A DNA stretch of 63,148 nt, the filler included, from Sphacelaria rigidula (taxonomy: Eukaryota): NCBI GenBank assembly GCA_964200075.2. It is 8 parts of 8 records of this genome, joined end to end, with 100 filler letters (N's around TTAATTAATTAA, not from the genome) between each part and the next. Parts side by side here need not be neighbours in the genome. Positions count along the whole stretch, not along the records: positions 31,628 to 39,433 come from CAXNAA020013395.1; positions 39,534 to 47,338 come from CAXNAA020013396.1; positions 47,439 to 55,243 come from CAXNAA020013397.1; 5 more parts are not named here. One strand, given 5' to 3'. Positions 37,701 through 51,530 of this stretch are shown piece by piece; positions within the stretch are counted from its first letter, which is position 1; the number at the start of each line of letters is the position of its first letter. The position numbers were made by a program, and so were the translations under genes. The notes under the pieces were generated by a model, which saw only the letters and a program-made list of their open reading frames with translations, did no database searches and had not been told where the DNA came from.

Positions 37701-38789
37701 ACTGGACAATGACTATGCCATTTCTACGGCAATTGTTTCCATTGATCGCTTGATTGATTGGTCGATTGATTGGCACACACTGATCCCCTAGGAATCATGA
37801 TCCAGCCGTGGTCAATATCTACATGGTGGACGTACGCGAGATGAAAACATATTGGAAACACTCGCTGAAGAAGAGTGAACAAAACAGGAAGGTAAAACAG
37901 ACCAGCAGGGTACACTTACACTGAAGAAAATAATAAAAAGAAGGAAAGAACAGAACAAAACAAAACAAAACAAAACAAATGAAAATAAAAAAATGGCATC
38001 AATAAAATATTACCGGGTTAAAATGTTACCGGGTTATCCGAGAAGAGACCTATTCTAGCGTCATACCTCGAGTGCTGCCAACTCCTTCTCGACTTCCTCA
38101 GTCTCCGCCTCTAGGAGCTCTCTCGCGGCAATCGTAGCCTGCTTCGCGGTGGTCGATGGGGAGAAGAAGTGCAGAGAATACTTGAAACGCGGGCGCACGT
38201 ATCAGCCAACCTGAAAACGTTGCAGGGTCTTGAAATGGATACAAGTACACTGAGGCAGCAAGCAGGCAGGTAAAAAGCACAAACAACATAGCCTCACACC
38301 AACTGAGCAGATGAAAAAAAAAAGCAAGACTATCTCACAATGAAGTACTCTACTAAAGGGTGAGTGCACATCGTAGCGACCTGGTGTAGCGGCACGAAAG
38401 AACGCGCACGATTGTCGTCAGTAAAAACTCCGAAAAAATGGACCTCCTGACAAGAGTGTGTAACGGAGTATCCACTAAGAACCTCTCGTTGTAATGGCTG
38501 CGACATAATGGTCCACTAGAGCACCGCCGTAACAGTGATCAATGAACACAGGCATGGCTCCACCTCGAGCCAAACTATATTGTGAGCGAAAACTCTACTG
38601 GGCATAGCGCAGGGAGAGAAAGATGACATGAACGGACAGCCACCATCACTAGGACTGATCCAGCAACCTCGGTAACTGACAACGTGATAAGAACGAGCCG
38701 TAGTGAGTATCTACGTGATTCCCAAAAACATCATGTCCATCTCACCGCAGATCACGGAGACATTTCGACGAGATAAAAATACCACAAGG

Positions 38790-39077
38790 AGCCGCCCCCC
38801 GCCCCCCGCAGCCCCCCCCCAGGATGCAGCTCATCCTCCATACGACTCGCAGAACACACCAGGGCGCTTCGCGCTTGGTGATTGAGAGTGCGAGCCTGAT
38901 CCGGCGAAAACCCAGCGTGCTCCGTCCCGACTTCATAGGGATGCGAGGTCACTCGTCTTGTCACTATGGCATGCATGATCATGAGTACCCCCCTCCCTTC
39001 CGTGCTCCGTCTCGAAAGGGATGCGTGGTCAATGGTCAAATGACTAAGGCAAGCAACAAATGAGTACGCCCCCCCCC
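38790..39077. repeat. Dispersed repeat; homologous segments at ~560-758, 3169-3239, 15655-15714, 17046-17113 and 31455-31527
   Basis: Shared motifs GCGCTTCGCGCTTGGTGATTGAG, CCGGCGAAAACCC and the GTACTCA...GACCATTGAC..CGCATCCCT core. Confidence 0.85.
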
Positions 39078-39433
39078 CAATAAAAAGTCGGCTCTAATTA
39101 TGTATTGACCTCACCGGATCATTTGCCGCGGCCCAATCACCGGTGCCCCCTTCTGGGGTGGCATCATGATGGGATGTTTCTTTTCCATCCCCTCGTCCAT
39201 CAGTAGCGTCATCGTTCGGGAAGGCATCAGGTACACCGTCCTGTACAGGAGGAAATACCATGCACGCCAGTTTGTACCATAACTAGAATGCTCTTTCAAA
39301 GCCGTGTAATGCAATGCGACAGACGTGCTACTCTCTTTTCCACCACAAACACACAACGGTTTCACGGTTAGGACAAATCATCACGACTCAGAATCACCAA
39401 ATTCACGATTTCTTCGGCCTGATTGCCCAAAAG

Positions 39434-39533
39434 NNNNNNNNNNNNNNNNNNNNNNNNNNNNNNNNNNNNNNNNNNNNTTAATTAATTAANNNNNNNNNNN
39501 NNNNNNNNNNNNNNNNNNNNNNNNNNNNNNNNN
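39434..39533. other. Artificial contig linker
   Basis: Same 100-bp linker. Confidence 0.97.
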
Positions 39534-42500
39534 CCGGAATTGGACCAACCGTCCCCCCCCCCGGGCCGTTTTGAGGCCATGTACAATTTCCCCCCCCCCC
39601 CCCCCCCTCCCTATCGCCGCGGCAAGCATGAAATTTCTTTACTGCAGGCTTGTCAAAAAGTCAAGTAACAACTCGAGCGAACTGTCTTTGCGAGAAGAGG
39701 GTGAAGAGTGTTTTTGGGGTCGAATGGGCGATGGTCTCGCCGTTGTGTGCGGGGGAATCGTCTGAACAAGTCGGTGCGTGGTTGGACGAGCAGGCTTTCC
39801 CTTGTGTGGGCGGGGAGAGTTTGAGCAATCACTATACTTTCTCAACGGGTGGTTCGCAGATGCAGGTGTCGCAGAGTCAAAGGTGAAGTTGTAGGAAAAG
39901 CGCACAAGGGGTGCTTAGGGCATAGTTCACCTGGCTGCTCAACGCTTCAGATACCGGAGCCCAGCACGATCAGATCAGTTTTCATGGATCATATTATCTG
40001 GTTGCACATCTATGTGTAAGGCCAATTCACGACAGAAGCGAGAATGTCCCCGTGATGACCGACTGCTACATTTCCTTGTGGCAAGGAGTTCCTGCAAGGG
40101 GTCTCATGTTGGAAATAAGAGCTTCATAATGTCAACATGCTCTCGGACACAAAGTTCTCCAAGGATGATCTGCCCATATGACATTTATTTCTACTACGAG
40201 CGTAGAGCTACGGATACTGCTACCCACGGTACGACGAGTACAATCCTCCGTAACATTCGGCTGCCCTCGACATGATATACGATCATCTCCCAAGTGCTCT
40301 CGGCATCACCTGGCGCATAATGTCGGCCAATCTTGCTGCCTCCACTGACCCCACGGCGAAGGCATTCTTAGCTCCCTTCAGGGCATTTCCGGTATGACCG
40401 CGCGTTAAGGCGATGTCCCTGTTCGTGGGCAAAATCGATAACCGACAGTAAATCAATTGAGCCGGCAGTTTTTACAATACGCATAGTACAGGACAGCATA
40501 GCAAGTACAGATGATATGGCCCGTGAATGACAGATTTTCCATTCTGTCACGCACCACTTAGGTAACCTTTCCTCGGGGTAGGGATGATTGTTCCGAATTT
40601 CAAAAACACCGTCTAAAGCCCTGTCTCCACACGGAGGCATCTGCAGCTCACGTAATTTCATGTTTTCTTGTGCCTTGCTTCTTCATACCCGCAGCTCCAA
40701 AAATCTTTGTTCACTTTTCCCTCAGGCGATTATTTTTCCGGGAAACAATATGACATTGGATTTTGGCAGCTCTTGGTGTTTACCCGAGTTTTTTTTCAAT
40801 TTATAAAGAATTGACCAAGTTTTTTTAGAAAAACTGGATCTGGAAGGTTGTTTTGTTGACTTTTGTATGCGATAACCAACGTACTGCTCTAGAATTTGGG
40901 TGCGGAAAACGCATCTTTTCATTGATGCCCCGAGAGGAGTTTGTATTTTCTCCAGAAGAACGAAATATAATGAGGTATCGTGCATTTGCTTTGCCCCTCA
41001 GTGAAAAAAACACCCCTTCCCTCCCCCAAACACACACGAGCACACACACACCAGTGTTGCTGTGAGTGGCCAAACACACGTTCTGGCGGGGCCACACGAT
41101 TCCATGAGCAAGGAAGAACGCGCGCAAGATTGCGGGGCTACCCAACATGGTAAGTTGTAATTTCGGGTTAATTTCGGGGTATTTTTGGCCCGAAATGTTG
41201 ATCTTTTCCGGAAAAAATGAGACTCGGCGGCTACCGACGTAGCTCGACGCCGGCGTCACGAGTTTTGTTGCTCCACATTTCAATTCGTTTCTTCAAGAAA
41301 GTTCTGACAAAAAGAATAGAATAGGAAAAAATGTCGTCCACGGACCATACTGCAATAGACTTTTGGGTTGGGTTGATGAACAGCTCTTCAAGTGTTACGG
41401 CAAAAAGCGCGACAATATCAGACGGGCTGGGGACACGCAGTATCCCTGCCGTCGTGCATACGATGCTGGACGCAATCAGACAGTAGCAATCGTGAGCAGA
41501 AAGCCCAGTTCTTCACAGACACCTATCCGGGGTAACTTACGCTGTCTGTAGGGTGCATGAGACCTCTTGTCGGCATTCGTGTCAGAAAGAGGCTCGCAGG
41601 GATAACCTTTCTTGCCGCCTAGCGGCGAGGATATTATGCGCCATCTTTTCTATAAATCTTGGGTGTGTTGAGTCGCCTGGTTAAAAAGCCTCCGCAGGAT
41701 ATTAGTCGCCAAGTTCGTGAGCCCCGCGTGCTCGCCCCCCCCCTATTATTTCAAATTTTGCTTTCTGCTGACTTCACGGACTAGTCCCTTTCCTTGCTAC
41801 TTGTACTTATTGGTGATCGAAAGGGCAGTCGCACCCAGGACATCGTGGTCACCAAGGGTCACTGGCCACGTCTCCTTTGGCGCAAAATGTGTGGAGTTGG
41901 GACACCTGCGAGACACTGGAAAAGCTCCGCAAACCACGTGCACAACATTTCAGAAGCTCGTACTTCCTCTGTGCCATACGTGAAGTCCGTTATGGTTACA
42001 CGGACTCTTAGCTGTGTCCGATGCCGCAGGTGATGTTTTTTTTCGAAATTCTCGGTGTTTTGGTAGTTGAAATCAGTTTTGTTTTCGGCACACACCACAC
42101 CCTGCATGCACGAACGGCTGAAAAAAATCAGTCGGCCTTGAACAAGGCCGTATTCAGCCCCTTCTCCAGGGGCTAAAAAGTGTCGAAAAAAACGACCGAC
42201 CGATTCGCAATGTTGATCTTCCGCAGCGCAGTGGCCTTGTTGGGGTAAGAAGTGACGGCCGCCCACTATGAGTCTTGTTTGAGAGGTCGAGCTCCCCGGT
42301 TTCGTCGATCTGAGCTTTGCACTCGGGCCGATGTTTTCCAGGGTAGTCACTACCAATATCATAACGCTCCGCCATGGGGCCTAGAACGTCCTTGGGCACC
42401 CTTGTTTTGCCTGGCGGAATGGCCAACGCCATCTTCACCATCATGACATAACCTTTGCCCAACGATAGCCCGGCGCCCCATTTACGTCTGGGGGGATGTT

Positions 42501-43012
42501 CATCATGGTTGTGGGGGGTAGTGGGTGTTCAAACGTCGATGATAACCTATATTCTCAAAATATTTTCAAAACAATTCTCGAGAACATTCTCAAAAAAGGC
42601 CAAAATTCCCAGTTCCCGACTCCCTAATTCTCGGTGAGTATGGATTTCGTTTATTTCTGAGCGTCACTACGTCTATAGCCTTCCAATAAAACCTAGTCAC
42701 AGCATGGTCGGCAACTCCGTTGGCGAGATACGATCTGACCCCCACAACGGACTTTGCTCATGGCACAGAGGAAGCATTCTTGATAAAACGTTCTTATGAT
42801 GACCACAAGGCATCTTAAAGCTCTAGTGCTCGCGGGCAAAGTACATTCCAGGGCGCGTGCACTACACTCCAATGCATGCTAGATGCGCAAGTCGGAGAAT
42901 CTTGTACCTAATTTTGCAATGCTTTACAAAAATCACGAATGAAAACGTACAATAGTAATAGTATGTGACTGCCTGAACTGAACCTACACGCAGGGAAACT
43001 AGAGTGATATCT

Positions 43013-44600
43013 TGTCACCCTAAGTGAGACTCAACTCCAAGACAGCGCTCCCCTCGAAGCTTAACCTATGACCGATTGCTCTTTCTCCACTTAAATACCC
43101 CCCAGATCGCGTGACGAGTATTTCTTTAACGGCTATGTGATTACTACCCCTGTAGGACCCGACTCGCTTACTAAAAAACCCGGGTTGGTCAACCCGGACG
43201 GTCATCCCGTGCCTGTCAGCCGCGGGACTGTCATCCTCCAATCTTCCGTCCTTGCTATGGTCATACTCCTCACTCTAGGCACCCCGTCACGTCCTCACCG
43301 AGCTCAGTCCTCACCTCGTCCCAAGCTCTGCTCTGCAATGTTTATCCAGTCCAAGTTCACATCGCGTTCCCACGAGCGCCGCACACCCTACACCGAGTGA
43401 CAAGCTAAAACCTACACACACTCTCCCGATCCACGGGTCTGACGTATATTGGCGTCGAGGTATAATTTTTTTTTCACTTTTTTTCCACACATGAAAGGAG
43501 TGCCGTCTCTGTCACGCTTTCCGAGCTCTTGGCTCCCGATGTATGTCAATCGACACTCTTTCACAGTACGGTCTAGATTTTGAACCCTTAGATGCCGTGC
43601 CAGGTGTAGAGGAATCAAAGGGTTACACTGACTCAGAGGAAGCAGCCAACCCCACCCCTACCCCGTCCACTCCCACTCCACAACCGGTACCAGCCGCTGC
43701 CCCTACTCCGCCCTTCACCCCAGCCACAATGTCAGCGCCATCGTAATTTATGCGTATGGAAGTCATCGCATCAGTGTGGCAGACTGCCCACAACGAGTAC
43801 CGTAGGGTCAATGCAGGCGAGATCAACAAGGTGTCGGCCCACATTCGCGAGCTGGCAACACAATTGGCAAGTGTGACTCCGCATTGTTAAAAGTAGCTTG
43901 TCTGGCTCGATAGACACGCTGACTGACAGATTGCCCTCTGCCATGTCCGACCCATCTGAGAACGTCTGTCCTCGTTCTCCCGCGGATCTTCGGCATTGCT
44001 CACGTCTCACCGACAACGCTAGCAGCAGGGACCTCCCTGAGGTTTTCATCGGCTATCGCCTTGAAGTCAGGTTCAAGGCCAAGTCTGTAAGGCCTGACGA
44101 CCCAACGTATGGAGACGAGCTCGCGTATGAGCACCTCAGCCTCATCCTTGATGGGGCCAGTCTTTTGGTGTACAATTGATGGACGGGCACATTGATTGGG
44201 CATCGAATGAAGTCTCCCCTGACGATACCCAAACCAAGGGGTCTTTTACACCGCCGCAGTCTTGGAAGAAGCTGTCGTCGGCGTTTCTCAGGCTGGTGAT
44301 GCCCGCTGGCGGTGTCCGAGAACATGCGAGGGATGAGTAAAACTTCTTTCAAATATCTTTCTGAGTCAGTGGGGTCACGTGTGACACGCTTTCGTCAGCT
44401 GCGCCGACGTTACGAGTCTGCTGTGAAACGGGCTCCGCGCACGCACAACCCCTGGGCTGTTTTCGTCGTTCGCATCTGGGCTAACGGTCTTGAACCTGAA
44501 GTTCGTCACACCCGTACGCCAAAGAAACCACCGATCACGTTACAGGAAGTCGATCGTGCTCGGAATACTAAGGCAGGCAATGTCACCGACCACACTGCAT
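43013..44600 (+). mobile_element. 5' remnant of a second LTR retroelement (LTR-like segment plus decayed gag)
   Basis: TGTCAC (43013)...GTGACA (43402) segment, PBS-like TGGCG at 43450, a Pro/Thr-rich ORF from 43543, and gag-like ESVGSRVTRFRQLRRRY...WANGLEPEVR near 44360-44510. No partner LTR or pol seen. Confidence 0.45.
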
Positions 44601-47338
44601 CGCCCGTTGCCTTTTCGCACATCCCACCCTCACAGCTGCGGCACTCACGTAAAGGTGGGAAGAAGCGCGAGGCATCAGCGCCTCAGTCTGTTTCCCGCCC
44701 GCGAACGTACTTTTATAGACACTGCTCCCGCCCCACGCCCCGTCTTGTGGAGTTGGGAGCGGCTGTTGCGCTTGCGCAACGCCGCGGTTCGGGACACCGA
44801 GACTTTGAATGGCGCATGGGTCGTGCTACTTGCACTGCGAAAATATTCGCGGGATGTCATCAATGTAGTCAATGAAATGGCTCGTTTCAAGTCGGGAAAA
44901 AATAAGATGTGGACCATTGGAGGCTTATATAATAGTACGGTACGTGACCAAATCCACGAGGAGACTTGAGGTTGTACAGGCTGGTACAAAACCTTGCGAA
45001 GTCTGTAATGGGGCGAAGATTCCGGGCGAAGCACGACCGTCATCATCAGATGTATTAAAAAGGTATGGGACTCCAAGAATAGTGACGAATTTTCACGCTG
45101 CCCACGGACTCCGTATGTCTGAATCAATGCGGTACAAGCGTGAGCGGGTAATCATGGATGATCCGAGGAACACGCACTTGCCGCAAGCGCTGATAACGGC
45201 AAGGAGGTGGGATGACTGCGATTACGAGCCGACAGCGAGTGCTCCAGTTAGCGGGGCGCATTGGGCCACCATAGTGGTGACTGCGGTGAGCCTCGTGGAC
45301 TCGCTCGGTCCGCTGTCACGTGTACAGAAGCACTGGAGGCAAGGAGAAGTGTTCGCTGCGGATATTGTGATGGGTCGACGCGACAGATGTGGGAGATGGT
45401 GAGCGGGGTTCCTGTCCGCGTTCAACGCAGCAGCCTTTCACTGTCCCTTTCAGCAGATTACGACCAAAGTTGTCGATATCGACACTTGCGTCGAGAGAGA
45501 GCCGCGACAACTGAGGGAACGTTGATAAATGTTGATATCCTGATCAGTGGTTGCGGTGAACAGTCCTCGTGTTGCGCATCATAAACGGGTCAGAAAACTC
45601 CGTATGTTCAGCGATGCCGTCGCTGATTTCGTGCACATCGATCGACTTTTTCTTCAGTGCCGTTCACAAAAACTTGCAGTGGAACGCGTCGGGCGTCTCG
45701 CTGGTCTTTTTTTTGCCTGCAGCCTTTACAACTAGAGGACTACCTCAAACTCACAGACGTGCATTCATCTGGATGATATTTTCTCAAAAACTTTGATATC
45801 GCCATGCACACGCTGCCAGCATGTTCCATTGTGCACCTCGATCGGTTGTGTGTTATTTAGCGAGGCCAATCCCACCGAGCGCCTGCGTTTCGTTGTGGTC
45901 ATGTTGGGTATACATCGAAAATTATGTACGGATCATCGCGCGTCCGTCGGTGCCGGCACGTCAGCACAAGTGGGGGATCTTCTGCTCGACCGGATCTCCG
46001 TCGCCCCGTAGGCCGCATCTCATCTGGTAGACTGCAAACAGTTATCGAAAATATACTCGAGGCGCCTCCTCAGACCTATTGTATCTGCGACCGGAACAAG
46101 ACAGATGCAGGCCTGAAAGAAATTGGCACCCTCCACAACACTCCACATGGCTCATTGTGAACGCAAACGATGATATACAACTGCTTCCGCAGTTGTTTCT
46201 CTTTCTCCGTAGGAATATCCCATTGATCCCCAGCATGTACCGACAGGCAATTTCTACGATAAAGAGGACGTGGCAGTTCTTCAAGTGTCTCTTCGTGAGG
46301 TGGGGCGGTACGAAGAGTTGGACGGACTGTCAAGCCGTGATGGATGACCTCGCCGGCGTTCGGGGTGTGACGGAGATAGGTGTGGACGCGGTTTATCTGT
46401 TCGCCGGCGACAAAGAAGCGTTTCAGGTTCATGTAGATCTGATCCAGAGCAGTCCCGGCAAGTAGTCCAGTCTCAGAACCTACGTGGGCGCCTGACACCT
46501 CTTGCTCCGCATGATAAAAGCACTCATGAAGCAGTATTGGGGGGGCAGGCATCGAAAACGTCGCCGCGGCACTGAGAACGGTTGGGATACAACGGACGGA
46601 GACAAGAAAGTAGTTTCTAGCGCACCACCTCATGAGCGTTCTTTCGAAGCAATCTGGAACAAAATCCTTGTCATGCACTACGCCGAGACGGACACCGACG
46701 TGGCGCGAAAAAATGACGGAGTCACGGCAGTCGCCAACGGGGACGGAATCGTCACCGGCCGACGCCGCCGGGAAACAGTCTCGTGTTCCTCCTTCCGGTG
46801 CGAAACCACCCACGGACGCACCAATACCACGGAAGATGCTCAAATCACACCCGGCAGGTTTGCGCCAAGGGAGGTGTCACGGCCAAGGCTGCGCTACCCC
46901 GTCGTCGCACGGTTTGCCGGGTTCCACGCTATCGCTCCTCTACGCTCAGAACTCGAGTATACAATTGGTAGGTGTTCGCAAATATGCAGCAGGAGCGATG
47001 GCGGCTGGTATCCGACCACCCGGGAACGCCGACCATGGAGTAGCGGCGGCGACCGGCGCCAGGTAAACAGTTTATAAAGCTAACTCTGAGGATGCCGAAT
47101 TGCCCGTTTGCAGTCGTTATTGACGAGATTTTTGCGGTACTGTAACGTAATGTGGGAGTGCTTCCATCATCTTAGTATGCACACCCTGTCTCGATGGTAC
47201 TCTGACCTGTTCGCTCTTCTACCGATCATGTGAAAAACGATGACAGCGCATTGGAGTACTGGAGGGGGGGGGGGGGGCGGGGCGATATTGGGGATTTTGG
47301 GGGGGGCTTTCGGTTTCGCAATGTTATGCGGGGATGTT

Positions 47339-47438
47339 NNNNNNNNNNNNNNNNNNNNNNNNNNNNNNNNNNNNNNNNNNNNTTAATTAATTAANNNNNN
47401 NNNNNNNNNNNNNNNNNNNNNNNNNNNNNNNNNNNNNN
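47339..47438. other. Artificial contig linker
   Basis: Same 100-bp linker. Confidence 0.97.
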
Positions 47439-48195
47439 ATGTTGGCGGTTTTCCCTGCTTGGGGGTCAAAAGGTGGGTCGAACGTCCCAAAAGTGAACAA
47501 TCCGTGGGCCAAAAATCTGTTCTCCATAATATCCGGCCTAAGAGGAATATGCTTGACATAGAGTGCTCGGAATTCCATGATTTTGATTTCACGCTAACCC
47601 TAACGCTACCCTAGCCTTGATCCCGACCATGGCAAACGAGAACCCTCGGGCGAGGAAGGGGGGTGCAAGGGTTGCTATAGACAAAGTGTGCGTTGGCATA
47701 CCACGGCGCCGATTTGAACAAAAACACGTTCTGGGCAAGCTAGGAACAAAAAAATATCCTGAAAAGTGAAGTTGAACATTCAAATGAGGTTCGCGCCACC
47801 TTCCGAAAAGTCACATTTTACGTGGAACAGTTTTGCAGAAAATAATCAATTGATGATATCATTTATCTGTTGAAACTTCGCCTAGCTTGATTGTCGCGCA
47901 TTGTTGCTCCAGTGTCTAAATCCATATGTGTCTCCTTTGCACATTCCAAACGGCTCTTAGAAGGTGAGAGGAGGATGTTTTCGTCGGCTTACTTCAAGTT
48001 TCTCGAAATGATAAAAAGAGGGAATGTGTTAATGAGAAGTAAGGTGTCGCCCGAAAAAAAACTCGGGCACCACTTTATTCCAAGATGAGGGAATCCAATG
48101 AACAGGCTTTCCCCACCTGGTGAGAGCCGCGAATGTACGAAATGAGTTATAGACGCCGGAGCAGCAATTCACGACAAGGCAAGGTAGGGGAGGTT

Positions 48196-48443
48196 TGTGA
48201 CGTCAGCCAGAAGAAGAACTGGTGGATCACTGCTCTTGAGGGACTCCCCAGTCTTACTGGCCTCAGTTTCAGTTGTCAGCATTCACAGCATTTCATTATC
48301 ATGAAGTGTCCTCGTAGGCACAGCCTCCTAGACACGCCAGGGTATCATCCCCGTGTCCCCGGTCATTATCCAGGTCATCACTACCAACGGTCATTATTCA
48401 GGTCATCACTACCAACTCAACGTAACGGCGTAATTTCGTCACA
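48196..48443 (-). repeat. 3' LTR of the Gypsy element
   Basis: Direct repeat of 53584-53831; contains an internal 28-bp tandem duplication (GGTCATTATCCAGGTCATCACTACCAAC). Confidence 0.93.
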
Positions 48444-48567
48444 GCACCCCCAAAGAGCGTTGGACGAAGATCGATCAACAAGCTCGACACATAGAAAACG
48501 CCAAAACCATGAGTAACCCACAACTAAATACCATACTCACTCGTAATGCGGGCAGCAACGGCACGAG

Positions 48568-51530
48568 TCACGCGAAATTTACGCAACTCCTTCGTGAGAA
48601 ATTCCGGAGCGACCTCAAAAATATCCTTGAAAGACTCCCACGTATAGTACGCTCCTCAACTTCGAAACCAACCCAGCCGACCAACACGATCAACGAACGA
48701 TCGTTTGCTTCTGACACTCGGACAATATCAGCCATCTGAAATTGCCCCTGATTGAAGGCATGCTGGAACACGTCCTTAACTTCAGCCGTAACATTGAGCT
48801 GCGAGTCTGCATGAAACGCAAACGAGCTACATGGGCGGTCTGAACACGACCCGAAACAATGTTCTGAATCTCAAACACGTGCAGGTGGTGAGCCCCAACC
48901 ACTCTCCATGGACCAGGCCATGTTGCCATCAACTTGGGCGTAACGCCCGGACGACGCACGCGTGCATACAAGATATAGCCGCCTACCTCGAACTTGGGCA
49001 GTTTCAGCCCCGACGAGGACCCCTCACGTCTACGCGCACCTTCAGCTGCAACACGTTCCTGCACTTGAACGTGGAAACGTTCTTGCAAGTTCAAGACCCC
49101 TCGCAATGCACGCTCGATATGAACATCGTCCAAAATATCACTTTCCCATTCCCCCGCCGACGAAGACGCCAGCACCGAGAAAGACGTCCGAGGAGCACGA
49201 CCAAGCATCACGTGGAACGGCGTACTATCGTAACGACGACAATACGCTGTATTGCGCACCTATTGCACCGCAGGCAACACGTCCACCCACTCGGAAACCG
49301 CTCTACGCTGCTCGAGAAGAATACATCGAAGAGCACGAACTACATCCTTGACCATGCGTTCGCACGTGCCGTTAGACCACGGAGAATACGCCACCGCAAA
49401 CTGGTGATCAACGCGCAAAGCCTCTCGCAATCGGGCCCAGATCGCATCCCTGAAATGCGTGGCGGTATCACTCACCCACACACGCGGCATCCACAAAGTT
49501 TTGCACCAATCAGCAAAGATGCAGCAGTCGATTCTGTAGTATACACTGCTACTGGTTCCAGAGACACGAAGTTGCTTAAATCATCCATGATTACCAAAAT
49601 GCATCGAAACCCAGCATCCTCCGACAAACCTTGGGAAGCCAGCGGGCCACTCTCGACCACGTACAAGAAGTCAAAATGACCGACTTCATTCGGCGTGGTC
49701 CCATGGACCGTTTCGCCGAGCGGGCGGGGAACAACATCGCCCGCCTTCGAGTCAGCACAGTGAAGACACTGGCGGACAAATTCGCGCACATGAGTTTCTA
49801 TCTCCTGCCAGACACAAAACTCTTGCAAGCGCACGAGCGTCGCAGCCACACCACGATGCCCGGCGTCGCGCATGAGCGCGCAAATTATCAGACGTATCTG
49901 TGACTGCTTGTCAAAACTCGGAATCCACAAAATGTTTCCGCCACGCACATGCATATGAAACAGACCTTCTTTGTCCAAGATAGCAGTACCAACGTCCGAC
50001 TCGAAAGATTGCACGTCCGCATCTTCGGTCCCCAAGGTCTTTCCGTTGCGCTTGGCGGACAACAGATTCGGACGGCATCGAGTTATCAGGTTTACACGGA
50101 CCATACACAGCCACAGCGCGCATAGGCAAAGCTGGAGTATTCACCCAACGCGAAAGCAAATCACCCCACGCGTTACGGTCACCCTAAATATGGCAAATCG
50201 AGTAACGATGCTGGCCAAGAACAGCCGTCCAACCCTCCAAACGTTGTGCCAACGCCTTCGACACAGACGTCACGCCCGCTTCCGGGTTGAAAATATACAT
50301 GAGATTCCGGGGATCCGTGAAAAAGTGCACGCCATCCCACAAAAGACGCTCCAAACGACGAAAAGTGCTCACTATAGCAAAACCTTCCTTGTCAATTGTG
50401 GTCCAACGCAACTGTGAGTCCTTGAAATTACCTCTGAGGAAAGCCAGCGGTTCATGCGTCATATCCTCAACCGGCAAGCGTCTTTGCATTTCAACTTCAG
50501 GCACCGGCATGACAGAATTACCCCAATGGCACTCAAATGCATCCGGAAACATTAACACCTGACAATTAGGACTAGGACGGAACAGCGTCGCGGCATGAGC
50601 CATCAGATCCTTTGCTGCCGCCCAAGCCTGCAGCCTGCCCTCCGTCCACGATGCAGCCTTTTTCGGAAACGCCATATCTGGACTGGATCATCCCGCCTGC
50701 AAATTCCGTAACACCAACCCGAGCGCCACAAGAGCCGCCATGCACGACGCCAACCAACTTGACTTCACCGGATCGTACCGCCGCGGCTTCGCCTTCACCG
50801 CGGATGTCCCAGGTTTCTGCTGAACACGCATGGGCTACACGCGCGCAGGGGGATCACCCCGCAGCGCACGACGAAACGCGTCGACGCGGCGATGAAATGT
50901 GCCACCCAGGCGCTCCGCTTTTGAAATGCTGAGGCCTTCCGCCACAGCATCCGTCACGCTCTCCTCCAGCGCGACCTTCCGAGCGGACTCCTCTTCCGCC
51001 GGATCCATGAACATATCCGGGTCGCGTTCTACTAAGCATTCCACCGCTGCATCCCGCTCCTAGGTCACCTGCCCCCCCGCCTCCTGAAAAGCATCCACCG
51101 ACAAGCTCACGCGATGACTGCCCAAAAGGGCGGGCATCTCCACGTGCGGATCAGGCGGAGACCGCGTCGTGATGGAGTCCTTCAACCGTTCATACGGGTC
51201 GACTCCAAGATCCTGAAGCCTCGGCAACCCCAGAAGAATAACACCATGCGACCCCGGCATAATCGCAACGAGATCGGAGGCAACGGCGCCGCCCCTCAGG
51301 ATCGTGAAAGTTAGCTGCAGTGGAAGAGTACGCTCTGTGACGTAAACAAGCTAACCCGACGCGGTGACGGCCTGCCGCCCCCCGAGCGAAAACGGAATGC
51401 GCAGCGGCACACCCGGGAGAAGACGCTGCAACATGTCTACAATCTGTACCAACAGACTCACGTTCCCCATCAAGTGGGCGCCAGAATCTCACTTAGCCCG
51501 AACCGCAATGGCTCCGCTCTCCCGTTGATT
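48568..51530 (-). pseudogene. pol: pol, disrupted: aspartic protease, RT N-terminus, RNase H, integrase, chromodomain-like tail
   Basis: Protease AK*DSGA (DSG at 51488-51480) and ILLGLP. RNase H FPDA...IDKEGFAIV...FTDPRNL. Integrase GHRG...CLHC, HFDF, VSDTATHF, SNGTCERM, WPGPWRV. Tail IVLVGWVGFEVEERT. Multiple stops and frameshifts. Confidence 0.9.
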
